Positions 51,855 through 64,000 of a stretch of DNA of 64,000 nucleotides are shown in pieces. Each line of letters begins with the position of its first letter. The first letter of the stretch is position 1. The notes under the pieces are model-generated. The model did no database searches. It saw nothing but the letters and a program-made list of their open reading frames with translations, and was not told where the DNA came from. A program made the position numbers and the translations under genes. Source of the stretch: Phoronis australis (Eukaryota; Animalia; Phoronida); assembly GCA_002633005.1 (NCBI GenBank), contig NMRA01000140.1, positions 645,917 to 709,916 of the forward strand, written 5' to 3'.

Positions 51855-52087
51855 TACGAAGGCCCATTAATGCCATGAAAAAATAAAATTTGAATCTGTT
51901 ATTACGGATTGCCAATCTGTAATTACGGATTGCAAATCTGTAATTACGGATTGCCAATCTGTAATAACGGATTGCCAATCTGTTATTACGGATTGCAAAT
52001 CTGTTATTACGGATTGTCAATCTGTTAATACGGATTGCCAATCCGTAATTACGGATTGCCAAGCCGTAATTACGGATTGCCTTCGTA
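51855..52087. mobile_element. 233-bp MITE (IS3EU-like termini, 6-bp TSD GTGTCA) filled with a 21-bp minisatellite
   Basis: TIR tacgaaggc / gccttcgta. GTGTCA at 51849-51854 and 52088-52093. About 9 units of aatctgt(a/t)attacggattgc(c/a) at 51893-52081. Confidence 0.8.
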
Positions 52088-52621
52088 GTGTCATGTATCG
52101 GGTTTCTAAAATGATTGCCAGTTTCGGTAGCACTTGACTGTTGATAACGTGTTATTATAACGTTTAGTCAGCATCAATTTAATCTTGATGCATGTCTTCT
52201 GGTTACTTTGATGTCGTTTGTATCAATGCTGATTACTTTGACACAATACAGTTCTTATATCATTCAATAGGTTGTATATACATGTATACACCAATTATTG
52301 GAATGTGTTTGTGACAGGTTTTCATGGTTTATTAGCTTAGGTATTTCCTGTACATGTTCAGTTTAAAGTTATTATTGCTACCTCTTGACATATTTACAAA
52401 TCATCCCAGCCCAAGCTAATCTTCCCCATTGGTTAGTTTTATATTTGGCGCACATTCTGATTGGTCGAATAGGTTCACTTGCATGTTACATGTTATATCC
52501 TTATACTATCACACCAGTAGCTTTTTAATACATCATATCGGACACAAGTATTTTTCTCTTCGAACCACCTCGGGTTTTATTAATACACAATATAACCCAC
52601 ACCAATGCCGTTACATTGGCG

Positions 52622-53420
52622 ACCAAGTCCTTTTTCACTGAGATGGCGGTAGGAGGAGATGGTTCAAAGGCTCCGAAATTTAACAGTTTTTCCACCCCAG
52701 CCACGGTAGAACCAAGGTGGGAGCGATGGTTCAAATCATTTCAGCTGTTTGCCGACAGTAAATGCCTGATACTAGAGCCGCATTCTAACAATAATTGCTA
52801 CATGCCGAACACAACTGTTGCATTATGCTGGTCCTGATGTACAGGACATCCTTTGGACCCTGACGGATGCGGGTACGGCCAAAGATTACTAGTTGGCAGT
52901 ATAGAAACTGAACGGACAAGTTGTTCTCCATGTGGACACAGCTTTCGCCAGACACTCGTTTCGTAAACTAACAAAAAGACGGCGAAACGACAATGCAATT
53001 CGCAACTCGTTTGCGACAAGCGGTGAAAGGTGCGTATGGACGGAGCCGATACGGACAATCATATCCCTGACGAAATTATATCGAAAACACGACCACAATA
53101 TATTGGAGGCGGAAACTACCCGAGGAAGGACAGGGTCTAACCCTGAAGTGAACTTTAGAAATTGCCATAAACTGCGAAAAAGTAAATGGCATCGCTGAGT
53201 TTCAACAGGCGTGGCGGAGAAATTGGCCTCCCGTCGTTTACTCGTGTTTGTATTGGAATGGAAACCAAGGAAAATCAGAAATAACGGAGACAGAGAGCAG
53301 CCATGCAATAGCGGAGTTGCAACACACGTTATATTGGAAATAGGTCAAAATGTTCATTGTCGGTATATAGTTATCATTCAGTCAGAAACAATAATGTTAG
53401 CAAGCGAACGGTAGAAGCGG
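52622..53420 (+). pseudogene. Degenerate Gypsy-type LTR retrotransposon gag relic
   Basis: Frameshifted pieces PKFNSFSTPATVEPRWERWFKSFQLFADSK, LLHYAGPDVQDIL and VDTAFARHSFRKLT resemble invertebrate Gypsy gag N-termini. Confidence 0.7.
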
Positions 53421-54593
53421 TCCCAGGAAGGTTATACGTGTTGTGTGCCTGGCTCCTTAAATAACGGTGAGATAAAAAAAGTTAAGCTATTCTAAGGAGT
53501 TCCCGGGATCAAGAATTTCGTAAAAATGGATAAAAAATATTGGTACAACTGAAAACAAAGGGCGGTTTAGTGAATTTGTCCTAGTACCTCGGGCATGAAG
53601 AAGGCAGCGCTCAGGATTTTGGATCACAATAAAACTTATCTTGGAGACTCACTGTCTTACAATATTTTCCATGGAAGAAATAACAACAAACACTCCACGG
53701 TTGACGGAGGATTGTGAAAAAAAGAGTTTTTGCTTGACCAAAATTCAGCAGACCTGAACATTCTCCACGTTGAATCTGCGACCAGGACATAACAGTGAAA
53801 CCGGATAGCAGAGTGACTGCAGTCCTGACCTACGAGCACAGCTAGTGTTTACTAGATTGCAATGATAGCAGCCTGTAGGAAATTGTTAAGAAAAGTAACA
53901 AAATTACTGACCGTATATGAGGTCAAGAGTAAATGACCTAGCAGGGGAATTCTCAACGGTCAAGAACGAGCTTTTGCCTGTGAACAACAGCAACATCACA
54001 CAACCAAAAGTTTGGTTAAGAAACGAAGAAGTGGAAAAGAAAATATCAACTGCTTAAGCTGGAGTTAAAATGTACCAAAACTAAATTACAATTGGGGTAC
54101 AGGAAATAAAAACAAACTTGAAACAATACATTTACACTCCTTTCAATTGTTTAAGGTCATTTCATTTATTATTGTTGGTTATTTAAAAGATGCCATGTCT
54201 TTGCGTAGGTTGTTTTTATATATGGGATGCCATTTTTAGTGTACTTAGACAGTAAGAGCATTCACTCCCTCTTGTTCTTAAAAAGTTTATGTCTTGATAT
54301 TACTTGATTCAAATAAATTACTAACATAAATTTAACATTTTGAAGTCAGGGCAGCTATGGTCTTTCTGGATAGCAACTGACACATATTGGATTTTAGTTA
54401 TGGCCAACCTCGCCGGTAAAGGCAACATATTTCCACTGCCGAAAAAATTATTAGATTCAAAAACAAACGGTGGAGTGCCAAACAGGATAAATACTCGTGT
54501 TTCCAGAAAAAAAAGATCGGACAAAAACAGCGCCGCTGCTCCTAACTAATGTTTTTCCACGCCCCTCTGACAAGAAGGTGGTTATCGTATAGT

Positions 54594-54753
54594 CAGTGGC
54601 AGATTTAGGGGGAGGTCAAGGGGGACATGCCCCCCCCCTAAAATTCTCCCACGTTTCATTTGGCAGTTCAGGGGTGCCAATGTCTGACGGGCAAAATCCT
54701 GGCTAATACTATGCCCTGGACCCCCCCTAACTCTAAATCTTGGATCCGCCCTG
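54594..54753. mobile_element. GC-rich MITE, same family as 40134-40280
   Basis: cagtggcagatttagg ... ttggatccgccctg. Shares the internal ccccctaaaattctccc and gcaaaatcctggctaatac blocks. Confidence 0.75.
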
Positions 54754-55089
54754 GCAGTTAATCACCGATTCTCTATTATTTATTCCGCGCTTGCTATGTC
54801 CAGTCCCTCTTTTCATTTTGTTGTAAAGCGGAACTAATCTAAACTAAAATGAAAAAGGTTTTGATAAGACGAAAACCTTGAATTCGAGTCTGAATTGGGA
54901 AAATTGTAAATGCAAAATTGAGACAGCCTATACTAGCAGGTGTATTTACGCGACTTTCGAAAAACTACTCGTATTGGCGTACCTAAGTGTGTGTGTGTTT
55001 GTGTTTGCTTGAAATATTACTGTTTTTAATTGTTTCTATGATACTTCATTTATCCAATGTTTATCTGTTGCCCAGATACTTTTTTGTTA

Positions 55090-55645
55090 CTTCGATTTCT
55101 GAGCAGTGAGTGTTATCTATAGTACTTGCACGTGAAATAAAATTCAAAATATGAAAAGTATACCTTGTAAAAAATCAAATTCAATTCTTTGTGTTGATGA
55201 CAGCGTACACTGCACTTGCCAATTGTCCCGTTCTTGGCGGACTATCCCACATTTTGAATTTTTCTCGCCATCCCGCCACAGCATCAAAATGTCCCGCTTT
55301 TCGACACAGTCACACAGGCATAGTTATTATCATGTACTACAGTAATTTCCCACGCGGCATAGCACTATTTCCCCCTTCGACTAAACAGAAAAAAACGGGA
55401 CGTTTCATGCTTTTTTGAGGCACCCGCAATTGCGCACTTGACTCAAAAACTCGCTTTTGGGTGTACCGTCTCCCATTCGACAAAAATACGCTGTGGGGAC
55501 GTTTTTATGTATTGCAGCGAAGATTTCGCAATTGCGTTTTGCCATAGACCCAGATGCCACGCTTTCTATCTGGAAGTCACATTTTTCAATCCGATTGTCC
55601 CGTTTTTTTCATTCTCGAATGTTGATAACTATGGAACAGGTGTTC
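55090..55645. repeat. Dispersed repeat, inverted relative of about 43460-43950
   Basis: Spurious ORFs 43418-43852(-) and 55457-55666(+) share AVGTFLCxAAxISxLRF..IxKSHxSIxLSRFF. Confidence 0.75.
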
Positions 55646-58600
55646 ATGCCACGTTGTCAAAAATGAGCACGTCACCTTTTACAACAAAATAGAAAAGCTT
55701 AGTATTGAATCAGTAATCAATATTGCGTAGTTGAAAATGGAGCCTTTTGCAAAGTCGCCGGAACTCACAAAGTGAACTTTAATGTATTGTAGCAAATTTA
55801 GTCAGGAAAGGCAACTTTTCGTATTGAAACAGACCATGGAAAAGTCAATCTCTGAAGCGGCAAACTTCGATTACCTTTTCAATGGACAACAACTCCCGAG
55901 GATGAACTGAGCCTTTATTATCACTACAATAATTCGTCTTTATTCCTCCTAAGCAACGTTAGTAAATTTTTATGTACCGTTTATCAATATTGTTGCATCT
56001 GACTTCCCAACATGAATCTGTACATATTTTTGTTTTTATATATCTGTAATAGCATATATAAGTATTGAAATACTTATTTTAGATACTACTTAATTGTATA
56101 TACCTCTATGTATATAAGTTTCATTTATGAATTGTTTACAACCCAGATATAATGTTTCGCGGTTTCTAGGTTTGTTATTATTTCTTTGTATGTTCTGTGT
56201 ATTCTTCAATAAATATATATCACTTAAAAAGAAACTTATAATTCGTCTTGCCTCATCTCATCGCACTAGCTTGGGTTGTTGCTTAACCGTACGACTCACA
56301 ACTGATTGTGACTTTCCATGGAGTCCGTCCGTGCAATTTAAGGTCATCTCAAACCTTATTTAATGGCCACCATTTGTTAACTTTTACTCAAATGTCTACA
56401 ACGTTAGCTCGGTGATACCCGGAACAAAGATTGGTTTTTAAACTACTACTACTACTACGTCTGAGAATTGACAAAGCCCGGATGTTCCGAGAATGGCGTC
56501 GCTCAAATAACGACAGGATTTCAGAAAATCAGGCTATACGGAAAATAGACACGACCGTAGTCACTCTTTCGGTTACGTGTGTCACGTCGAGTCTACAGTG
56601 CCTGTGCACTCTAGACACTTAATCCGTCTGCACTTTACATTACTACCAGCTGAGTGCTAAGGTGAGCGTGTTTAACAACAACCCATTCCACTGGTTTGTC
56701 TCACCTCAAACGTTAACCCAAGTGGGTTAGCCTACTAGTTGACTCGAATGATCACGTTCGATAATCAATGCCACCTCTAATGCAACTGATAAGACGCGTA
56801 CTCACCTTCCTCACGTTTCCCAATAACAGCACACTCTGATCTAGAGAAATATCAATATAATGGGCACAGTTGTTCTTCTTGCAACCTTTTGCACAAGAGG
56901 GCGATCAAAAGTAAATGAAACCTGGGTCATTCACCAGATGGCGAGACCGTCTCATCAAGGAGTCGGCTCACTCACCATGCCCTTATGACAAGGCCAAAAA
57001 ACAGTCTTATATATACTGAGTCATTTACTGTTTGGCGTGAGCGAAAGCACTCAATAGAAACATGAAATGCTTTTGACCCTATTTTGGTCATGGCTGATGT
57101 CAAAGAATAAACTAGTTGGCCTCATATCCCTATTAACGATATGGCTTTGTACTCGAATATCAAGCTCTAATCGATCCTATTTCTAGGTTATTTGTACTTT
57201 TGAGTGTTCTAAAAACACATTATGTGACGTCATACGACCAGTAATAAACATAATAGAAGCAAGCTAGTTCATACGGCGTCCACTTCTACGTGACGTTACC
57301 GTATACATTACTATATATACTTTTATATAGCGATAAGGGAAATTTATGTACGTCTAAGCCGCCGTACAACACAATATAATGCACAATAAGACAATGAATA
57401 TAAAATGAGACTGTAACTATTATTAACAATTCATTACATATACAATTAGAAGACTGCATATCGGCACGGGTACTTTAATAAAGTAACAAAGGAATAAGTA
57501 AACCTGACCTTTGAAAAATAAATAAAGGAGTGCTACATTGATCTGCACAGGTTGCAACAGCATAAGCAAATTGATTGTATGTAGGTAACAACGACAATCG
57601 TATACATGTTTACGTCGATGCAAGTGTTGACGTGTGCAAAAATGAAAAGTATTTTTGTGTAATGGTGCAATTTGTGTACGCTTAATAACGGTGAACGTCA
57701 GGTGGAAGAGAAGAAGCTGGAGTCATTGCATAGTGAATAACCATCTAAAATTTTACCTCTGTAATACCTTAACAGTCAAGTGAGCGGGTGTTCATCTAGA
57801 ACTGAAGAGGGTATTTTATTTTCATTAATAATTTTAGGAACATGAAAACGTAAACAGCACTTGCGTTACGGTGAATCGCCCAAAAATCTTCAAAACATCG
57901 TTATGATTTATAACTTGAAAATTAAATTTTGGTTGCGTAGGATTTTATAAGAAAGAGTTAATTTCATGCTGTGCGTAGAATTGTAATAGCAATAGCTAAT
58001 AAAGAGCCAATATTTACACAGAAGTTCATTAGCTATTGGCGTTCTATCAAATAATTTTCATAAGTGTTTTGTTATATAATGTGGTAATTTGGTAGAGTTG
58101 TTGCAATGTTTTGAAAGTACTCTTGATCACATTCCGTATCTTGCTGGAAACTTGTTTATATTTTAGTCAGGTTTGCTATGGCCAAATTTTGATATTCACT
58201 GGACTTTTTAGGGAAAGTGGAAACTATAAATTTTTGGAAACCCCATGGAATGACACATCAAAAAATAATTGATTTCATTTCTTGGCGGCCATCTTACATT
58301 TTCAAAATTGGCCCCTATAAAATATATTTTGCTCAATATCCAGTCTGCACTTGGGTCACTGTAAAGTAGGAATTTCACAGACCACCTGGATCCAAACAGA
58401 ATGTGAAACAAAACTAGGCATGATTATGCAGGTTGATAAAATGACACTAATGTTGAAAAATGAACAAAAAACACCATATTAATTAATATTAATATTATAA
58501 CAGTGTGCAACTACTTGGGTCTTGCAATAGATTTGAAATCATAAAAAGTGAACTTGTTGTGATGAACATAACACAAACAGTGGCCTTGTTGGCTATTGAT

Positions 58601-58901
58601 CACTTGTGATCAGGGTATGCACATGTTTTGTTTAATTGACAGTAGGAAAAACAGATTTAGCAATACATCCGATTAATGCTTCTTCCCAGCGTAATTTCAC
58701 CCATCCTATTTTTCGGCGCGTCCTTCTCACCCAGTTGCAAGGTCCATGTTTGCAGTTCATCAGTATTCCCATATTCATCGCCAGAGAATAGTATGAGACG
58801 GTAAGTAATTCACGAGCGTAGCTTGCAAGTCACCAACAATCGTGAACGCGGTCACGATTTCAATTTGCACGCATGCATACAAAATTTTTGTTGATTTTCG
58901 A

Positions 58902-59248
58902 ATGACACAAAGAGGCACAAATCAGGGCATTGAATCATTTCTTGAAGACGCTTTGAAACGGCTGCATCAAGACTCTATTTCTCAACAAACCCAAGAGGAT
59001 GAAGCGCAAGTGCCAGAAGACGCTACAGCGCAGGAAGATGATGATATCATGCTTGGCTGGACGGCAAGGCAGTACGTAAGTGCGACCAATCGAAAGGAAG
59101 ATTTCAGCGCAATCACCGGAGACGAGACAACGACGACGACGACCACTTCTTGCCATAAATGGACAGAGGAGCTACAGCCCATTCTTCACGGATTAGCATA
59201 CACTGCCGGACTTGGGAACCTATGGAGATTTCCCTATATGTGTTACAA
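58902..59248 (+). CDS. SLC6 (sodium:neurotransmitter symporter family) transporter, first visible coding exon (N-terminus, TM1)
   Basis: Reads KW...LAYTAGLGNLWRFPYMCY (SNF signature). Phase-2 donor AA|gtacga at 59248/59249. Start codon uncertain. Confidence 0.85.
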
Positions 59249-59949
59249 GTACGAGCGAGCAGGATTTGTAAGATAGATTTGCGTTATTTATCCGTAAATG
59301 TAAAGTATATCATACTTGAAATAGCCAATCTTCTAGACGGTAAACCAACCCACCAGCTTTGCGGCCATGAAACCGAGCTAAAAAGCCATGGGACGAATTA
59401 AGGAAAACACATCCCGGCCAATATTTAATTACCTCTAGAACAAAGCAGCGTACATACAACTACACGATCACTCAGCTAGTTGGGTGGCTAATGAATAGGT
59501 ATAGTCGGTAAATGAATCCTAAATAGGCTGGAAGTCCGTTCACCGAAAGCGCAGAATTTGGTGTCATACAATGCATTCGTAGCACAGTCGAACTGCTTAT
59601 AGCATGTTAAATACTAGCCAGCCAGCTAGCCGTACGAAAACAATCGTCAAAATGCAGCAAGGTACCTCTTAGCCTTGGTGGAAAGCTGTATACTAAATAT
59701 ATTTGTCATTAAGAACTACACTATCCCTTCAGTAAACTGAGTTAAATAACCGGTGTTGGAAAATTGGCGTTCTACCGTTATTCTGCTGCTAGAGTTGTGG
59801 AGCGATCTTTTGTGTCGAGTTTCTGCCCCATGAAATATTACAACACCTATTGCCTAGTTTTTGTTTCATCGTCTCCCACGAGGTTGCGGACAAGTGACAA
59901 CAAATTCGCGGAACTGGTTTCATTTCATTACAAGTTTTCGATATTTTAA

Positions 59950-60529
59950 GACCAGCAAACCGATTTTCAGAACAAAAATTTCCTGCTGCGAAGTTGTCAT
60001 CATCTCCCGATAGATGTCGCAAAGCATTTAGGAAATGGCGTGTGGGCGTGTCATGAGCGTGCTTTTTTCAAAACGACGACAGACTTTCTTTGTTACAAAA
60101 GGCGGTCGGAGAATTACGCAAGAAAATGGCCTCTGATTAGACATACAATGATACCCAGCTGTATTTTGACGATACTTCGTCTTCATACAGCTAGCTGGCT
60201 GGCTAGTTACCAGTGTGTGTTTAGCTCCGTTACACATCACGGGTACCTAGTCACCTCGTCGTAAAACTTATAACAACATCTAGAGATAACGACCGGCAGG
60301 GGCGCATGCAAAATCTGAGAGTCGCCCGACACTCACCTTTCTCGTTGTAGCCGTTTAAATGAAGAACAATCTAATAAACCTCATTTTGCACGATACTCCG
60401 CCTTTTGTAACAAAAACCCCCGTCGTTTTGAAAACAATACGCTCGTGACAAACGCACACCCCATTTCTCTCTTGAGGTGATGACAGCTTCACAGCAGCAA
60501 AATTTGTTCCGAAATTCGGTTTGCTGGTA
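59950..60529. mobile_element. Foldback/MITE with long diverged TIRs (about 130-155 bp) in SLC6 intron
   Basis: gaccagcaaaccgatttt...ttgttacaaaaggcgg (59950-60105) pairs with ccgccttttgtaacaa...aattcggtttgctggta (60398-60529). Flanked by ttaa / ttag. Confidence 0.8.
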
Positions 60530-61320
60530 TTAGGATGAGTGTAGTGTAGTAGTCTATGTGAGCAAAAATAAAACCTTTTAGTCACTTGAACTTGATCTGT
60601 ATTGTCTTAACTCCTTCACAACAATGGGTTCAGACGTGTCTCAGACTTAAAAACCTGTAACTTGATCAAAGTTATTTTGTCAAGGAACCTTCTGATCACA
60701 TTGTTCATTGGTCCTTACTCAAAAACTCCTTCAGGTGGCAGTCGAATAAGAATCGCCATAAGGCAGTAACACGTTACATCGTAATTACAACTTTTAAGTT
60801 AACATATTGTGTCCATAAATGCCTCTACATGTAGTTAAATAACATTAATTTTTGGTCAAACTTTAGTTGGTCAATTGTTACTTATATTGGTTGTAATCTG
60901 TACTGTATAAGTGGACACAATATGTTAAATTGATATTCATAAACAATACTTTGAACTGATACCCGAACAAGTTACTTACACTGTGCATTCTCTTAACAAC
61001 GAACGTCTGTGGGGCAGTTGTTATTCTTCAATGGGCATTTAATTCTAATAACATAAAATAATTTGTCGTTTTTAAGCAGGTAAATTGCCTTCAAACGGAC
61101 GAACACTAAGAAATGTAACACCTCAATACTGATGGCAAACTTTCCAGCAAATAACATCAACTTATTTCACGGAAAATACGCATGCCAACGCTGAAGTACA
61201 CTACTCTGTTAAATCCCCACAACAGACCACAAAGCAAAGCAAATATTTGTGAGGTAAACCAGAAGGAAACACTACAGTAACTCTGTTGATCTCTAGAAAG
61301 TTCCATCCTTTCATTTTCAG

Positions 61321-62291
61321 ACACGGTGGCGGTGCTTTCCTCCTTGTCTACATGATCATGCTAGTAACCGTCGGCTTTTCCATTTCCCTCATGGAATCTG
61401 CTGTTGGACAGTTCGGCTCCAAAAATATGCTCCTCTGTTGGAACCTAGCTCCATTTTTCAGTGGCCTCGGTGTCGCTATGTCTGTTGTGACGTTTGCTGT
61501 CACGTGCTACTACAACGTAATCGTTTCTTGGGCTTGGTACTATTTCTTCGTGTCATTCAGCTATCGTGATGGAAAACTCCCGTGGATGCTTTGCCCGAAA
61601 AACTCAAGCAGCTACCTGTGCCTTCACCGGGTCCCTGATATGACACAACAGCAGTGTTTCAGGCGAAATCTCGAGCTCGGGCGTAACGGTTTTTGTCACG
61701 ATGGTGACGGAAACTATCACGGTTTCTGGCGGCGCAGAGTATCAGCGAAAACTCTTATTCGCCATCTTCCATCACAAGATTACTTGGATTATGTGGCGCT
61801 GGGCTCAAACCAATCCAAAGGGTTCGGTGACCCAGGAGGATTCAACTTTAAAATGGCTGGATTCCTCCTTTTGACATGGGTCATAGTATATATAGCCGCC
61901 TTAAAAGGAACAACAGCAACGGGAAAGCTTCTCTATTTCACTGTTCCATACGTCTTCGTCATTTTGCTTTTGTTTCTGATTCGAGGTCTAACACTGGATG
62001 GTCATTCAAAGGGCATTGCTTACTTTTTCGACATTAAAGTGAGGCATATCGGCTTCGCTAGTCTGTGGATAGACGCAGCGGTGCAGTTGATACACAGCCT
62101 CGGCTTGTCACAGGGCATTGTGTCACATCTGGCTAGTCGGAACAGGTTTCACCATGACCTAGTGAGGGACATCGTCGCCTTGGTCCTGACGAGTATTTTA
62201 ACGGCATTAGTTGTTGGTGTGGTTACTTTCAGTGTTGTGGGACACCTTGCCAAGATGTTACATGTCCCAATAGCACACGCAGTTAAGTCAG
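61321..62291 (+). CDS. SLC6 transporter exon (TM2-TM7, EL4 start)
   Basis: Acceptor tcattttcag|a completes CYK-HGGGAFLLVY. Contains ESAVGQF, YYNVIVSW, LPWMLC, KGTTATGK, LIRGLTLDG and WIDAAVQ. Phase-1 donor G|gtaagc after AVKS. Confidence 0.92.
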
Positions 62292-62677
62292 GTAAGCAAC
62301 AAAACAACAACAAATACCAATGTAAAGTTCAGGAACCGTGTGATGAGCTCACCAATGGCGGCAGTAGATAAAGTACTAAAAAAGTAAAGGCACCGCCTGT
62401 TTTTATGCGTCTAAAGTCCAAGACATTGAGGACATTGACATAGTAGCGTACGTGTCATACTGGCGCTCTGCTGAGTAATGAGAGCGCGAACGCGACTTCT
62501 GCTTCATTACAACTCAGATTTGGTGGACAGAAAATCAATTACTACGGAGTTGCTCATTAATCTAAAAACAGCCCCTTCCATTGTTTGATTAGGTTAAGTT
62601 CACCAACTTATTTTAGCTTTTTGGTATCGCCTGGGATCGAAATTCGCCGCTCTATCGGTCGCAGCCCGACTTAGCAG

Positions 62678-62700
62678 GGCGTGGATTCTTCTTCGCAGTG
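62678..62700 (+). CDS. Candidate 23-nt SLC6 micro-exon (G-RGFFFAV)
   Basis: cag|gg...gtg|gtaatg continues phase 1 to give KSGRGFFFAV, resembling the expected SGPGLAFxx. Polypyrimidine tract is weak. Confidence 0.3.
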
Positions 62701-63256
62701 GTAATGTAAAGAACATGATGCATTTTCTTTGAACAACCTACTGTAAGCAGTTCAAACAGCTTTTCTGTACTTCAACATAACTGTAAGTCGTAACATGTTA
62801 CAACCTGTCCAAGCTAATGCCCAGCATTCCAAAAAGTTACACTCATCCTGGATTGTACTCATTGTGCAGGGCACAGGACACGCATTACCTAGCAGATATC
62901 AAACACTTCAAGGTGGCGATAGCGGATCTAGGATATCATAAGGTGGGGGCCCAACATTTTGTCTCGTAGACTATCGCGCAAAGAGCGAATGTACAGGCGC
63001 GTAGTGCCGAATGGGGTGAGGTCGGGAGGGCGGGGGGCTCCCCCTTCAGCCACTGGCGGTTCTACTTTGGCCAGGTCGCTATTTGCAACAAGCGCGGCAA
63101 AATCCCACGACCCAAATCGCATTCTGGAATCTGACCTCGCCGCACAGGGACGAAAAAGATTTTTAAATAAAACAATTCTTGTTTTAAATCAATTAAAACA
63201 GTTTAATCGCGGCATTTCCGCTTGATTTAAAAATGGAATATTTGTAAAATTGCAAG

Positions 63257-63314
63257 GACTCGAACTCAGGACCTATTGGTCTGAGCGCGGGTGTTCATCC
63301 ATTGTGCCACCACG
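63257..63314 (-). mobile_element. tRNA-derived SINE head (Pol III A and B boxes)
   Basis: Minus strand cgtggTGGCACAATGGatgaacacccgcgctcagaccaataggtcctgaGTTCGAGTC has A-box and B-box at tRNA-like spacing but no convincing cloverleaf. Confidence 0.55.
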
Positions 63315-64000
63315 CTTCCAACTGAAACACAGTGCAAAGAGACATACTTGTTTATGGTCCACAGCGTTTGCGAGCGAACCTGATTGTTTCTGTGATGCTC
63401 ATTACATGATTTATATTTTGTGCAACCTGTTCGTAGCAAAATTTATTGTGTTCAAAACGATCTTAAGTTGCCCAAAAGACCAAATCCATTTCTCATGTTG
63501 GCATTAACTACACGCTTGCTTTGCAAATTGTCTTAATTAATTTCTATGTTTGAAAAAGATAGAATGGGGCTATTCGGAAAATCTGCAATAACTAGAGGGT
63601 GTGAGTGTACTAGTGGTGATAGATTAACAGCCTCGATTTCGCGAGCCCTTTAAATACATAGTGAAATGGTTTGCAGCCGTGCCAACTGAATCTGAGATTG
63701 CGTAAAAAGGGTGCTTCTATGAGAGGAAGTAAGCACGACCTCATACAAAGGTAAGGTTTGTGATTATTTTAACGATTATTCCATGATTATTCTACCGATG
63801 CCTGTTAACTGAGGCACTCGCCGATGTCGACTTCGCGGCAGTCAGTCGCCAGCCAGAGTCTGGTTAATCTTTGTATGTTGTGATATGTGATACGATACTT
63901 GACGTAGCAATCGGGATCTTTTCGTACATCAAAGCATTATTATTGTTTGGAATGATTTCTAAAAGTTTATCAGTGACAGTTACATCAATCAATGCTGAAT

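Noticed and set aside
51893-52081. Regular 21-bp array as a CRISPR array or an (AIRNYRL)n repeat protein (ORF 51778-52062)
   Set aside because: Units are head-to-tail with no unique spacers, there are no cas genes, and the array sits within MITE TIRs/TSD. The ORF follows from a unit length divisible by 3.
63257-63314. Functional tRNA gene
   Set aside because: A and B boxes are present but I cannot build acceptor and anticodon stems; treated as a SINE head.

Overview
AT-rich, intron- and repeat-rich eukaryotic (invertebrate animal-like) DNA, not prokaryotic; most entries in the ORF track are spurious. Three host genes can be reconstructed from protein motifs plus GT-AG splice sites: (1) a two-coding-exon rhodopsin-class, melatonin-receptor-like GPCR (+, 26687-27158 joined to 31585-32297, about 394 aa); (2) an MS4A/CD20-like four-TM protein (-, 48635-49342); (3) the 5' part of an atypical SLC6 sodium:neurotransmitter symporter (+, from about 58902). 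The main structure is a tandem segmental duplication (about 28778-41295 versus 43156-51707). It copies only the 3' exon of the GPCR, leaving a second intact terminal exon (45432-46144) that differs mainly at ECL2/TM5. Copy A carries a 5.6-kb intron-containing Sola1-type DNA transposon (34051-39651, AAAT target-site duplication) whose empty site is visible in copy B. Copy A also has a single N (33355) where copy B has about 2.1 kb containing the MS4A exon. The rest is a mix of non-autonomous DNA transposons/MITEs, LINE and Gypsy relics, a tRNA-derived SINE head and simple repeats. No rRNA, true tRNA gene or CRISPR array was seen. All alignments were done by eye; family assignments come from recalled motifs, not database searches.
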